From positions 12,359,754 through 12,423,753 of the forward strand of contig CM082589.2 of the NCBI GenBank assembly GCA_040954595.2: a stretch of 64,000 bases of DNA. The letters run 5' to 3'. Every line of letters starts with the position of its first letter. The first letter of the stretch is position 1. This document shows, piece after piece, positions 24,385-36,100 of the stretch. This stretch comes from Balanoglossus misakiensis (lineage: Eukaryota > Animalia > Hemichordata). The position numbers and the translations under genes are program-made. The notes beneath the pieces are model-generated. The model did not search any database, was not told where the DNA came from, and saw only the letters and a list, made by a program, of their open reading frames with translations.

Positions 24385-27300
24385 TTAAGGCGGACGATCA
24401 TCTTATGTGCATGTACGTAATTCTGTGCGTACAAACATTACGTCCAGTCCAAATATTCTGCCAATTTTACATCCAATGCATTCAAATAGTGGACTGCTTC
24501 GCATTCATCCAGTTTTCATGTGCATCGTATAAGTAGACTTTTGTTTTGTCCCGTCTTTTCACCAAATTTGCTCTTTTCCAAATCTCCGACACAGACTATG
24601 ATCGTCACGATCTTGTCTGTTGTTAGAACAGCACACTGCCGTATGGCATTGACTGTACACAGTTTCTGTTACCAATATCTCTGGATTGGCATTTTCCTGT
24701 CCTCAATCTTTTGCCAGGGATTTTTGTCTCCCCAACCCGCGTGAGAATCCCACGTCTTTGAAGGTATGACTGTGACTATAAGATTCTATAAATCTCTGTT
24801 TATTTTCAGCACAAACATCATGTGCTGATTGCCCAGCTGGTAACCAATGTCCAAATGGTAACACTGTGATTTTATGCTCGGCTGGTTATTACAGTTTGGC
24901 CTTGGACAAAGGATGTCTCGCTGTACCTCTTGCATAACAGGTAAACTTCTACCCACCCACCTTTATTTCCAACATCAAACATTAGGTCAGGTAATTTACT
25001 AACTGAAAAATAGGATGGGATCATTTTCTATTTCTGTATTTAAAATTTACTGATATAATATATGAATGAAAAAATGACAATTTTTCCAAATTTGAATAGA
25101 CCTCTATTTATGAAAATAATTAAAATTTGCACCAAATTTTTACAGTGGTATTAAAAGGTTAACTCGGTGAGTAAATTCTCTGTTTGATTTACAGATCAGC
25201 TGGTGCTGAACATTGTACTATTTGTGAGCAAGGCCTGCATAGATCCCAGTGCATCGCAATTCAAGTGTACCAAGGGTTACGTGTCATTGGCTGGTGCAAC
25301 AAACTGTACCAGATGTACAAATGGTAAGATTGTGGTACTTGTTCAGTTTGCTGTGTGATGAAACTGAGGGGTATGTGTGTATGCATGTATGTGTTTACAA
25401 CAGATTTTCAAGTCAGTGCGACTGGGGGTATGTGTGTGTGTGTGTATGTATGTATGTGTTTACAACAGATTATCAACTCAGTGCGAGATCTTGCGAGACC
25501 CGGTTAGCCATGTGAGATCTCGCAGAGTCTTATGATATTCAGAAAATGGTTGATTAGAAATGACGTTTAATGTCCTCCAAAGAATTTTCTACATGCCTGT
25601 ATACTTGTCTCAGAATTATGAAGTGAATCATCTCAAGTAATTTGTTATTTTAAATGACACTGTATCACAAATACATCACTAAAAACCTCATTTTCTTCAA
25701 TCAGATGAAAAAAGTGAGGAGCCTGCACGCACATCCTGTCTTCTGTGCCCTGCTGGACAATCGTGTTCAGATCCAATGTAAGATCCGCTCGACTGTGGCA
25801 ATGGTGAATATGCTATGGAAGGCGACGGCACATGCACGCCTTGTCCTGCGGGATCCAAGTGTCCAACCATGTCACCCGTAGTGGATTGTTCAACAGTTAC
25901 TGGTAAGTTGGGCTGCAAATCACTCTTGTGACTTCCCTGTGTTATAGCATGGCATACATAGAAAATTAAACTGTTATGCTTATTGGAGATGATATTGTGA
26001 TGCTCTTTGAAAAACACAATGATTCCACTGAAGAGGTATTGTACAGTTAAACCTGTGATTACGGACATCTCTCTAATAAGGGATCGTTGGACCAAACCAT
26101 GGTGGTAAAAATCGTTCTTTGAATTTTTTCTGTGATAGGTTCATACTCGCTAGGTTCGGCCACGTCCTTCTGGTTATGAATGCACAACTACAAGTGTCAC
26201 ACAGTGCGCTACAGGGCAGTAAAGTGCTGAAGGAGGTAAGTCTTGAAATCCCTTTTCTTCTTGTCTCGATTTGAACATGGTTCCACAAGTTGTTTACATC
26301 ACTTGTAGTTTTACATATTTTTTGAGGTCAACAGCTAGCTATACATGGTGTCCTGAGAAGTCAACCAGTATGAGAAGTCGGTCTCGGCCAGTACGAGAAG
26401 TCGGCCTGTGGGAGAGAACCCTGGTACTTTGTGTTATATATAACTGTTTCACTACGAAATGTTTCCTTGATGTACAGGAGCTGAGATATTTGTACAAATA
26501 GCCGATGAATTTTAAAACTGTCTGTTCACTTTTCATGTACGTCACCGGGGTACGTCAACATCAGTCACCTGCACTTCTTGAGCTGCGCCAGTAGTCTGTT
26601 CCTTGTCATGTTTGTTTGTTTGTTTGTTTGGTGTTGTCTCAGAAAGTATGAATATACACATACATCTTCTATGTATTTTAGTAGGCTTTGAAACAACTCC
26701 CTTTAATCAGAAATGTCACAGGAATTTGGCGAACAAGCTAAGCTCCTTACGCGGATACGAGGCTGGGGAACCGGTATGGATGCCAGATGCCATTATTTGA
26801 AATGACGTCATTGTGTTGTCAAGAATTTGGGAAATCCGTCCAAATGAAAATATTTAGTGCAATTATATTTTATTAAGTGTTGTTATAAGTAATCTGGGTC
26901 ATTACTGCACTATTCGGGTACAAGTTCAACATCTGGCCAACTTCTCATACTGGCCGACTTCTCATGCGCGCGTACTGGCCGACTTCTAATCTGGCCGACT
27001 TCTCATGTATTCCTATACATTAGTGAAAATTGGGCAAACTGGTGTTTTCAGACAACTTATGAAGTCCTTGTCTCAATGGAGGTACCTGCCAACAACAGGT
27101 AAATTCTTGTACTGCCACAATTTGCATGTGCACAGAGTGTTACTAGGGAACCAGTTGTGAGACAAGTAAGTTTGAATCTGTAGCAGTTAATAATGATAAT
27201 TATCATTTTTTTATTATGATTTAAACTTCACTGATGTTGTACAAACACAAAAATAGAAAGGGATAGCAGCTTAGCTCTATTCCGTTTCGAAAGTTTTTGT

Positions 27301-28785
27301 TCTTTTAAACTACCTGTGCATTTTTTTTATTTATTCTGATTATGCTAATATGCTAATTTGTCGGTTTGTCACATCACAATTTTTGTAGGAAACTCAGCCA
27401 CTTACATACATTCATAATCACATGACATTGATGATCATGGAAAATTTGACCCTTTTCCTTGCAGGACTCAACCAGTGTCAACCAAATCCGTGCCAGAATG
27501 GTGGCTTCTGTCAACCGGCTCGAAATTCCTGCTTTGATCTCACCTGCATATGTACTGGTTGCTACAAAGGTGATAGGTGTGAGATATGTAAGTATACAGC
27601 GCAGTCTCTTTTACCTTTTGTCTCTGATGCATTCAAATACTGCATGTTTCCTGAGCATAGGTGTAGCCATCTCCACAGCAGAGCTTGGAGAGTTCTTGAC
27701 ATCGAATGCAAGATTACACTCTTTCCAATCAAAATCACTTTCGTGGCGCATAATGTCTTGATTGTCTTGGTTCAAGAAACATTATGCGCGACTGGCCAAT
27801 TTTACTGCCTTTTGTCAACACACATCCACTATGGAAATTCTCACTCCAGGCCAGATAGTGTAAATTTACATATGAGTCTACAGGTGTGCTTGAAGTCAAG
27901 TCAAGCATTTGCAAGGAACCCTCCTCCAGTACACAGGTCTTTGATTTCATGAAGGGAAGCCCTTGCCTCACAGTCACTGCCACATGATCTATGGAGGTGT
28001 GAACAACTTGATACCAGCCTAATATAAGTTGTAGGCACAATCACTCCACACACCCTTGCCATAATTCTGCAAGGTTTTTGCCATATCTGTACTGTAGAAT
28101 GAGTAGCAAGGAATAAAATGGCGTCCTTTCTTAATTTCCAGTGCAAAACCCCTGTGATCCCAACCCATGTATGAATGGTGGATTTTGCCAGCAAACATCG
28201 TGCAATTTCTATTCATGCCAGTATGTGAACTCTTACACAGGTGACATCTGTCAAACCATAGACCCTAGAGAAAGAAGGACGAGCAACTGCGGCAAAGATC
28301 AAAGGGTTTGGGGATTATCTGTATGATGATGTTTTTTTGCATATAATTAACACCCAGGACAGTTGGACAATGACTTCCTTACTTCGGCACGTGTCGACCC
28401 CACCAGTGATGCGAAAACTTGCCACCAAACTGGCACTCCTGCATTTCAGCAGCCACTGCGTTTTTTTCTAAAATTCTAAAAGTATTACGATGTCTGTGAT
28501 AATTATTATGGTTTGGTGTTCGTCTGTCGGTTGAACGGTCATTTCTAGTGCCACAAGCTTCATTTAAAAATTGTAAACAAATCATCCATATTTTTTGCAT
28601 GTCCGACTGGGCACTCATATTTCTTAGTAACGCTGACACTTTTCGTAATAATTTTATGTTTGCGTGAAGCATTGAAATAAAAATTGTGGTTTAGGGGCAT
28701 TTTATTTCGCAGTGCGTGAACAATAAAACAGATTTCACGAAAACAATTTGTAAACAAACTGGGTGGATTATCATGTGTGCGCTAT

Positions 28786-29339
28786 TGCCGCCAGGCAACC
28801 CTCGGTACGGTTAGCTCACAGCCTTGTGAAATACCCGGACGGTTAGACAAAAGATGCTTGTTTTGGACGCTGTCAGACTCAGATTCAAATTCCTGTTTAA
28901 CTTGTCCAGATGTGTTCCATAAATAATCGCTGCGTTCAACCATGTTGCAGTTTTCTCGTCTTCTGCGAGATGTTCTGAGGTGTTGTGATAACTTCACGCA
29001 AAACACGAGACTTTGCGTTAGTTTATACACAGTTTATTTGCAAATTGGATTATTGGGATTTATCTGGAAATAATGTATGCAAAAGAACATCATTTCAAGA
29101 AAAAACTGGAATTGCGCGTCCTTCTTTCTCTAGGGTCCATGGTCAAACAAGTGAGTATATACTTTCAAGACACCCTGCAAACAAACAAGCAATCTTCATT
29201 CCGTAGATCTTTTAAGCTTATTTATACATTGTAAATTTTGATGTGAAACTTTATTGGTCTTGTTGCCAAACTTCTGAAGAAATGAGGATATTGTTTTGAA
29301 GGGTATTTTATCAGTAGGTAACAAATACCATGGCCCTCC
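28786..29339. mobile_element. ~555 bp copy-2-specific sequence, probable TE fragment
   Basis: Copy 1 reads gcgctatgcaaatacc (~11497-11512); copy 2 has extra sequence between gcgctat and atgcaaatacc; no clear TIR pair. Confidence 0.55.
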
Positions 29340-31248
29340 ATGCAAATACCCACATGGTAAATTAAAACTGTTACAGATGTATTTGATTTCCACATATTGA
29401 TTACATGTGGGATAATATTGGGTGCTGACAGTTTCAGTAAATGAACTGCTCTTAAAAGTTGGGCGTCAGGGCACCCTTGATTTTGCCTGTTCCAAGCTAG
29501 AATGGTCTGTCCATATGAATATTTGTTCAGCAAGTTACAAGCAATCTTTTAAGTTTGGAATGAAAAAATAGTGAAATGACTTGTGATGTTAATATGCAAT
29601 TGTTGGTTGATTTACATGCAACCCCCAGGACTCGATCAATGTGAGCCAATCAGTGGATCGTGCAGTGCGTTTACCTGTCGCTGTCAAGGCTGTTTCATTG
29701 GAATCACCTGTGACCAAGGTAAATTTATCAGACGAGTAACTGTTTTTCCCCCCTCATACCGGTATATTTGTCATAGCTGGCAGCTATGAAATTACCTGTA
29801 TATTTAGGATGTGACAAACCAAATAGGCACTTTCAGGAATTGAGTCTTTTTTGCAATTACCACAGTCCTAAACTCCCAAAAGTATAATAAGTAATTCTTA
29901 TTGTTCAGTTATACATTAAGGAGGCTTAGTTATAGGAGAACCCGATAGAACCACAGCTGTAGGAATTAAGGAAATGGTCATACCCTAAAAACTTATGTCA
30001 CTACTATTTATTTTTTTTCATTCCATTGAAACAGAACAAACTCCATGTAGGCCAAGTCCATGCCTGAACAATGGGCAGTGTACTCGGCTGTCGTGTACAA
30101 CTTATGAGTGTACTTGTCCAGGATGTTTCACCGGCACACACTGCAGCCAGTGTAAAACTCATTAAAACAAACGTTTTGTCATGCAGGAACTAACATTTAC
30201 AATCATGTCTCAATACATTGTCTGTTAGTCATACTTTATATTTTCATCTTCAGCATCACACCTTTGGCCTTGGGAATCGTTCACCTCAAAAATGATGTAC
30301 AACTGAAAGAAAACATGTTTATTTGAAGAAAAAAATGTTGATCGTTCATGGAAATTTTCCCTACACAAGATACATATACAGAGATTTTCATAGCCCCACA
30401 AGTGCGTCCCAGAATGAGCAAGTTGTTTTTGGAAGTGAAGTTCCGTTCAGTATTTACAGTAATGGTAATGATGATGTTTTTATCAAACAGATTTTGAAAG
30501 TAAATATTGCTGAGATAACATTAGGTTGCACTTTTTATTGCAGTCCAAGATCCATGCCAGCGAAACAGCTGTCTCAACGGGGCTGTATGTAATGCAGTGG
30601 CCAACTCCTGCACGGCATATACCTGTGCCTGTACTGGTTGCTATGAGGGTAACCGTTGTGAAATATGTAAGTTTCTGACGTACCGTAAATGACAATCTTT
30701 TGGGCACTTTCTCTTCATGGCAATTGAATTGTGTGGTAACTTCTCATTTCTAAAATTTCCCCAAGAGAAAAGAAAGGAAAAGGAAACAGAAATTTCATTT
30801 GTATGTCCGTGCAATTTAGGATAGGCACGAACTTGTGAGGAAGTGTACGAAGCTGGATGTTTTCACCACTCAAATATACAAGAGTTGCCTCTTGAAGACT
30901 AGTGTCTGTAGAGATAATTGTGCATGTGAGGTAATTTCTCCTAAGGTGGTGCACACATCTTTTTATTAAGTAAAAGGGACGTCCTTAATTATCCTTACTA
31001 TTTGGCTTGAAAAATCAATCTTACTAGGTGTTCTGATTAGAGAGGTGTCCATAAAGAGAGGTTTTACTGTATTACCCAAAAATAGAGACATTGTCCCTTC
31101 ATCATATACTTAATGCGTGTTCTGGGTATGGTTCCAGTATAATGCTTGTGTCAAAGGATTTTGTTGTGGTGCAGGAATCATCTTTAGTTGAGGTGTAGCC
31201 ATCTGCATTTCATGTTTTTTAAACCATTTTTTTTCTGATAGTCATTAA

Positions 31249-31840
31249 AGCCACAGTATTTCTCGTAGGGGCAAAATTTTGTTTGAAACGGCATCTATAA
31301 TTTATAAAAGTAGATGATAATTGATACTGAATCGAACAGTCATCATCCCCAGCTCTGCTCATAAACTCATACAATTTACAATATAACGGGTGAAGAATGA
31401 CTTTCTGTCCGGACAGAAAGTCAGGCTGTGTTGACACACTTGACTAGTGCGCATGCGCACTCAAATGTGAATCTATGCGGAAGAGGTTTGGTCGCCCCAA
31501 ATCAAGCGACTCAGCGAAGAAATGCGCACTAATTCGGCGAAATTTTGGGAAGATAACTTTATGGGAGAAATCAGTCGATGGAACCAGATCAAATCCGAAA
31601 AAGGTCTGACCATCAAATGTCAAAGTGGCACGTTTGCTGATCGACATGTACAACATTTCCGTTGTAAACAAACCCGCGCATCATTTCAAGTGTTACGGGC
31701 AATATTTACAGCTTGCACGTAGCTACAGTTGCCCAAACCTTTCTTCTATCTTCATTATGTAGTATTCCATGATGAATGTACAGGAAAAACGGGCATTTTT
31801 CGATGATGAAAAATGGATAAACACGAGAAATACTGGGGCT
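31249..31840. mobile_element. TTAA-type (Kolobok-like) MITE inserted in an EGF exon, copy-2 specific
   Basis: TTAA-AGCCACAGTATTTCTCGT...ACGAGAAATACTGGGGCT-TTAA; empty site cattaaccca at 13431-13440. Confidence 0.92.
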
Positions 31841-33160
31841 TTAACCCATGTGATCAGAATCTGTGTCAAAATGGAGGCTATTGTTCCCAAACACCAAATT
31901 CTTATACTGACTACACCAGTTACTGCCAGTAGTGTTGGACGGGGGCCATCTGTGCCGTAGGTGTGTCGAATTCAACTGTTTTATGACACAGCGTGGTATA
32001 TAAACCCTCATTTTTGGTATTCTCAATGTGATAGATGGACCCGTACACCAATAAATGGGGTGGAAGCATTACAAAGTTTCATCCTTTCAAAATTTGCTGA
32101 TGTAGGGTCAAAATTGAGTGTGAGGTGCACGTTAAAAAGGAAAGCCTTCTGTATCATGTTGATGGCACATTTTTTAATTTTTCAAGATTCTTACAGAAAA
32201 ATCCTAGCATCATTATGTTATTTTAAATGTACAGGTTTGAAACAAGGAATGAAGACATTGCTCACTTATATAATTTAAACAAAATGAACATCACAAGTAC
32301 ATGTACAAGTTTTTGACAAGCAGGTCATTGATACTTTCATTTTTGTTTTGGCAGCCATTGATCAGTTATACTCTATGCCTTGTCAAAATGTGGTGGCACA
32401 TGCGTTGCGTGAGTCGGCTGTTTCCAGTTTGACTGTATGTGTGCCGAATGCTTCACTGGTGCCACATGTACAATGCGTAAGTACAAACCAATATTATTTT
32501 ATTCAATGCAAAACACTTGTTATGTATTATATAATATAAATATGGTACACATATTAAAGCCCTGGTAACTCAAACTTTGGGCTAGCTTAATGTTATCACT
32601 ATTTTCGTTTTCGGTTGCAACTGTGGTTTCTTGTCGCACTCTAAAGGATTTCACAGCATTTGGTTTTTCAAAACAGCCCTTTGGTTGTTGTCAGGTATAC
32701 ATGTACACGACTGCTGAGTGTAGTTTGTAGATTCTGTAATTTTGACAATACCTTGACTGCACTGTTCTAGTGATTTTCTGTAGATTTTAATTCCTGCTTT
32801 TTCAAAATAATGTTCAGAAGTTCTCAGCTTTCTCAACAACCCATACAGGAAACCGGCAATGGTGTGGATTTTCACATCCCATTTATTTTGATGGGCCTTT
32901 ATCAGTGAATTTGTGTGTCTGTGTGTTTCAGTGCTTTGAGCCTATAGTGATGTTTTCCTGCTCAATATTCTTTCTTTTTGTCTATACAGGAATCAACCAG
33001 ACAACCAGTGTGTACCCTCTCCTTGCCTAAACAGTGGAATTTGCTCGCAAGTACCGGGTTCCTGTACACAGTTTACATGTTATTGTTTCAACTGCTCTAC
33101 TGGTGACACATGCACTGACCGTAAGCCTATAACCCCAATTTCTATGGTTTTCTGTAACAT

Positions 33161-36100
33161 TTTAACATTTATTATTAGAGAGTGATGCAGAGAGAGAATG
33201 GGATGGAGAGAGGGGGAGGAGAAGAGAGAGTTCAAGGGTCAAGGGTTAGAGTTCAAGGGTCTAAGGTCAAGGGTTGGAGATCAAGGGTCAAGGGTTAGAG
33301 TTCAAGGGTCTAAGGTCAAGGGTTGGAGATCAAGAGTCAAGGGTAAGAGTTCAAGGGTCAAGGGTTAGCGTTCAAGGGTCAAAGTTCAAGGGTCAAAGTT
33401 CAAGGGTTAAGTTAAAGAGTTGGAGATCGAGGTCAAAGGGTCAAGGGTAAGAGCTCAAGGGTCAAGGGTTGGAGTTCATGGGTCAAAGGTTCAATGGTTA
33501 GAGTCCAAGGTTCAAGGGGTCAAGGGTTAGAGTTAAAGAGTTGGAGATCGAGGGTCAAGGGTAAGAGCTCAAGGGTCAAGGGTTAGAGTTCATGGGTCAA
33601 ACATTCAATGGTTAGAGTCCAAGGTTCAAGGGGTCAAAGATCAAAGGTTAGAGTTCAATGGTCAAAGGTCAAGGGTTAGAGTTCAAGAGTTGGAGATCGA
33701 GGGTCAAGGGGGTCAAGGGTATGAGCACAAGGATCAAGGGTTAGAGTTCAATGGTCAAGGGGTCAAGGGTCAAGGATTTGAGTTCAACGGTCAAGGGTTA
33801 AAGTTCACGAGCCAATGATTTGAGTTCAAGGGTCAAAGGTCAAGGGTATGAGTTCAAGAGTTGGAGATCGAGGGTCAAGGGGGTCAAGGGTCAAGGGTAT
33901 GAGCACAAGGATCAAGGGTTAGAGTTCAATGGTCGAGGGGTCAAGGGTCAAGGATTTGAGTTCAACGTTCAAGGGTTAGAGTTCACGAGCCAAGGATTTG
34001 AGTTCAAGGGTCAAAGGTCAAGGGTTAGAGTTCAAGGGGTCAAGGTCAAGGATTATAGTTGATGGGTCAACAGTTGGCGTTCAAGGGTTAGAGTTTAATG
34101 GTCAAGGGTTCTAGGGTCAAGGGTTTAAAGGTCAAGCATTAAGGGTCAGTTGTCAAGTTTAGGGTTTAAGGGTCAAGAGTTTAGTTTCAAGGGTCAAGGG
34201 TTGGAGTTCATGGGTCAGAGGTTCAATGGTTAGAGTCCAAGGTTCAAGGGGTCAAGGATCAAGGGTTAGAGTTCAATGGTCAAGGGGTCAAGGATTTGAG
34301 TTCAACAGTCATAGGGTTAGAGTTCACGAGCCAATGATTTGGGTTCAAGGGTCAAAGGTCAAGGGTACGAGTTCAAGAGTTGGAGATCGAGGGTCAAGGG
34401 TCAAGGGTATGAGCACAAGGATCAAGGGTTAGAGTTCAATGGTCGAGGGGTCAAGGATTTGAGTTCAAGGGTCAAAGGTCAAGGGTTAGAGTTCAAGGGG
34501 TCAAGGGGCAAAGGTCAAGGATTATAGTTGATGGGTCAACAGTTGGCGTTCAAGGGTTAGAGTTTAATGGTCAAGGGTTCTAGGGTCAAGGGTTTAAAGG
34601 TCAAGCATTAAGGGTCAGTTGTCAAGTTTAGGGTTTAAGGGTCAAGAGTTTAGCTTCAAGGGTCAAGGGTTAGATTTCAAGGGTCAAAGGTCGAGGGTTA
34701 GAGATCAAATGTCAAGGGTAAGAGTTCAAGGGTCAAATGTTAGTGTTCAAGGGTTAGAGTTCAAGGGTCAAAGGTCAAGGGTTAGAGATCAAGAGTCAAG
34801 GGTAAGAGTTCAAGGGTCAAATGTTAGAGTTCAAGGGTCAAGGGTTAGAGTTCAATGGTCAAAGGTCAAGGGTTAGAGTTGAAGAGTTGGAGATCGAGGG
34901 TCAAGGGGTCAAGGGTAAGAGCTCAAGGTTCAAGGGTTGGAGTTCATGGGTCAGAGGTTCAATGGTTTGAGTCCAAGGTTTAAGGGGTCAAGGATTAGAG
35001 TTCAAGGGTCAAAGGTCAAGGGTTTGAGTTCAAGAGTTGGAGATCGAGGGTCAAGGGGGTCAAGGGTTAGAGTCCAAGGTTCAAGGGGTCAAGGATCAAG
35101 GGTTAGAGTTCAATGGTCAAGGGGTCCTGGGTCAAGAATTTGAGTTCAAGGGTCAAAGGTCAAGAGTTAGAGTTCATGAGCCAAGGATTTGAGTTCAAGG
35201 GTTAGAGTTCACGAGTTGGAGATCAAGGGTCAAAGGTCAAGGATTATAGTTGATGGGTCAACAGTTGACGTTCAAGGGTTAGAGTTTTAGGGTCAACGGT
35301 TAAAGGGTCAAGCATTAAGGGTCAGTTGTCAAGTTTAGGGTTTAAGGGTCAAGAGTTTTTTTAAGGGTCAAAGGTCAAAGGTCAAAGTTAGAGATCAAAT
35401 GTCAAGGGTAAGAGTTCAAGGGTCAAGGGTAAGAGTTAAGGGTCAAGGGTAAGAGCTCATGGGTCAAGGGTTGGAGTTGAAGAGTTGGAGATCGAGGGTC
35501 AAGGGGTCAAGGGTAAGAGCTCAAGGGTCAAGGGTTGGAGTTCATGGGTCAGAGGTTCAATGGTTTGAGTCCAAGGTTTAAGGGGTCAAGGATTAGAGTT
35601 CAAGGGTCAAAGGTCAAGGGTTTGAGTTCAAGAGTTGGAGATCGAGGGTCAAGGGGGTCAAGGGTTAGAGTCCAAGGTTCAAGGGGTCAAGGATCAAGGG
35701 TTAGAGTTCAATGGTCAAGGGGTCCTGGGTCAAGAATTTGAGTTCAAGGGTCAAAGGTCAAGAGTTAGAGTTCATGAGCCAAGGATTTGAGTTCAAGGGT
35801 TAGAGTTCACGAGTTGGAGATCAAGGGTCAAAGGTCAAGGATAATAGTTGATGGGTCAACAGTTGACGTTCAAGGGTTAGAGTTTTAGGGTCAACGGTTA
35901 AAGGGTCAAGCATTAAGGGTCAGTTGTCAAGTTTAGGGTTTAAGGGTCAAGAGTTTTTTTCAAGGGTCAAAGGTCAAAGGTCAAAAGTTAGAGATCAAAT
36001 GTCAAGGGTAAGAGTTCAAGGGTCAAGGGTAAGAGTTAAGGGTCAAGGGTAAGAGCTCATGGGTCAAGGGTTGGAGTTGAAGAGTTGGAGATCGAGGGTC

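Larger units (their letters stand above)
20619..32762 (+). repeat. Direct segmental duplication of ~3601-14355
   Basis: Collinear, high-identity exons, introns and old MITEs (paired ORFs such as 5380/23638, 10859/28141, 12672/30483); homology ends at cttgactgcac (14355 / 32762). Confidence 0.95.
23597..33120 (+). pseudogene. Unprocessed pseudogene, copy 2, of the Cys-rich/EGF-repeat gene
   Basis: Same exons and shared stops (TAA 25779-25781). Extra lesions: 1.13 kb deletion at ~27065, 33 nt exon deletion at ~29640, MITE in an exon at 31249. Last exon 32990-33120 (CVPSPCLNSGICSQVPGSCTQFTCYCFNCSTGDTCTD, with an 8 bp duplication frameshift) is not seen in copy 1. Confidence 0.87.
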
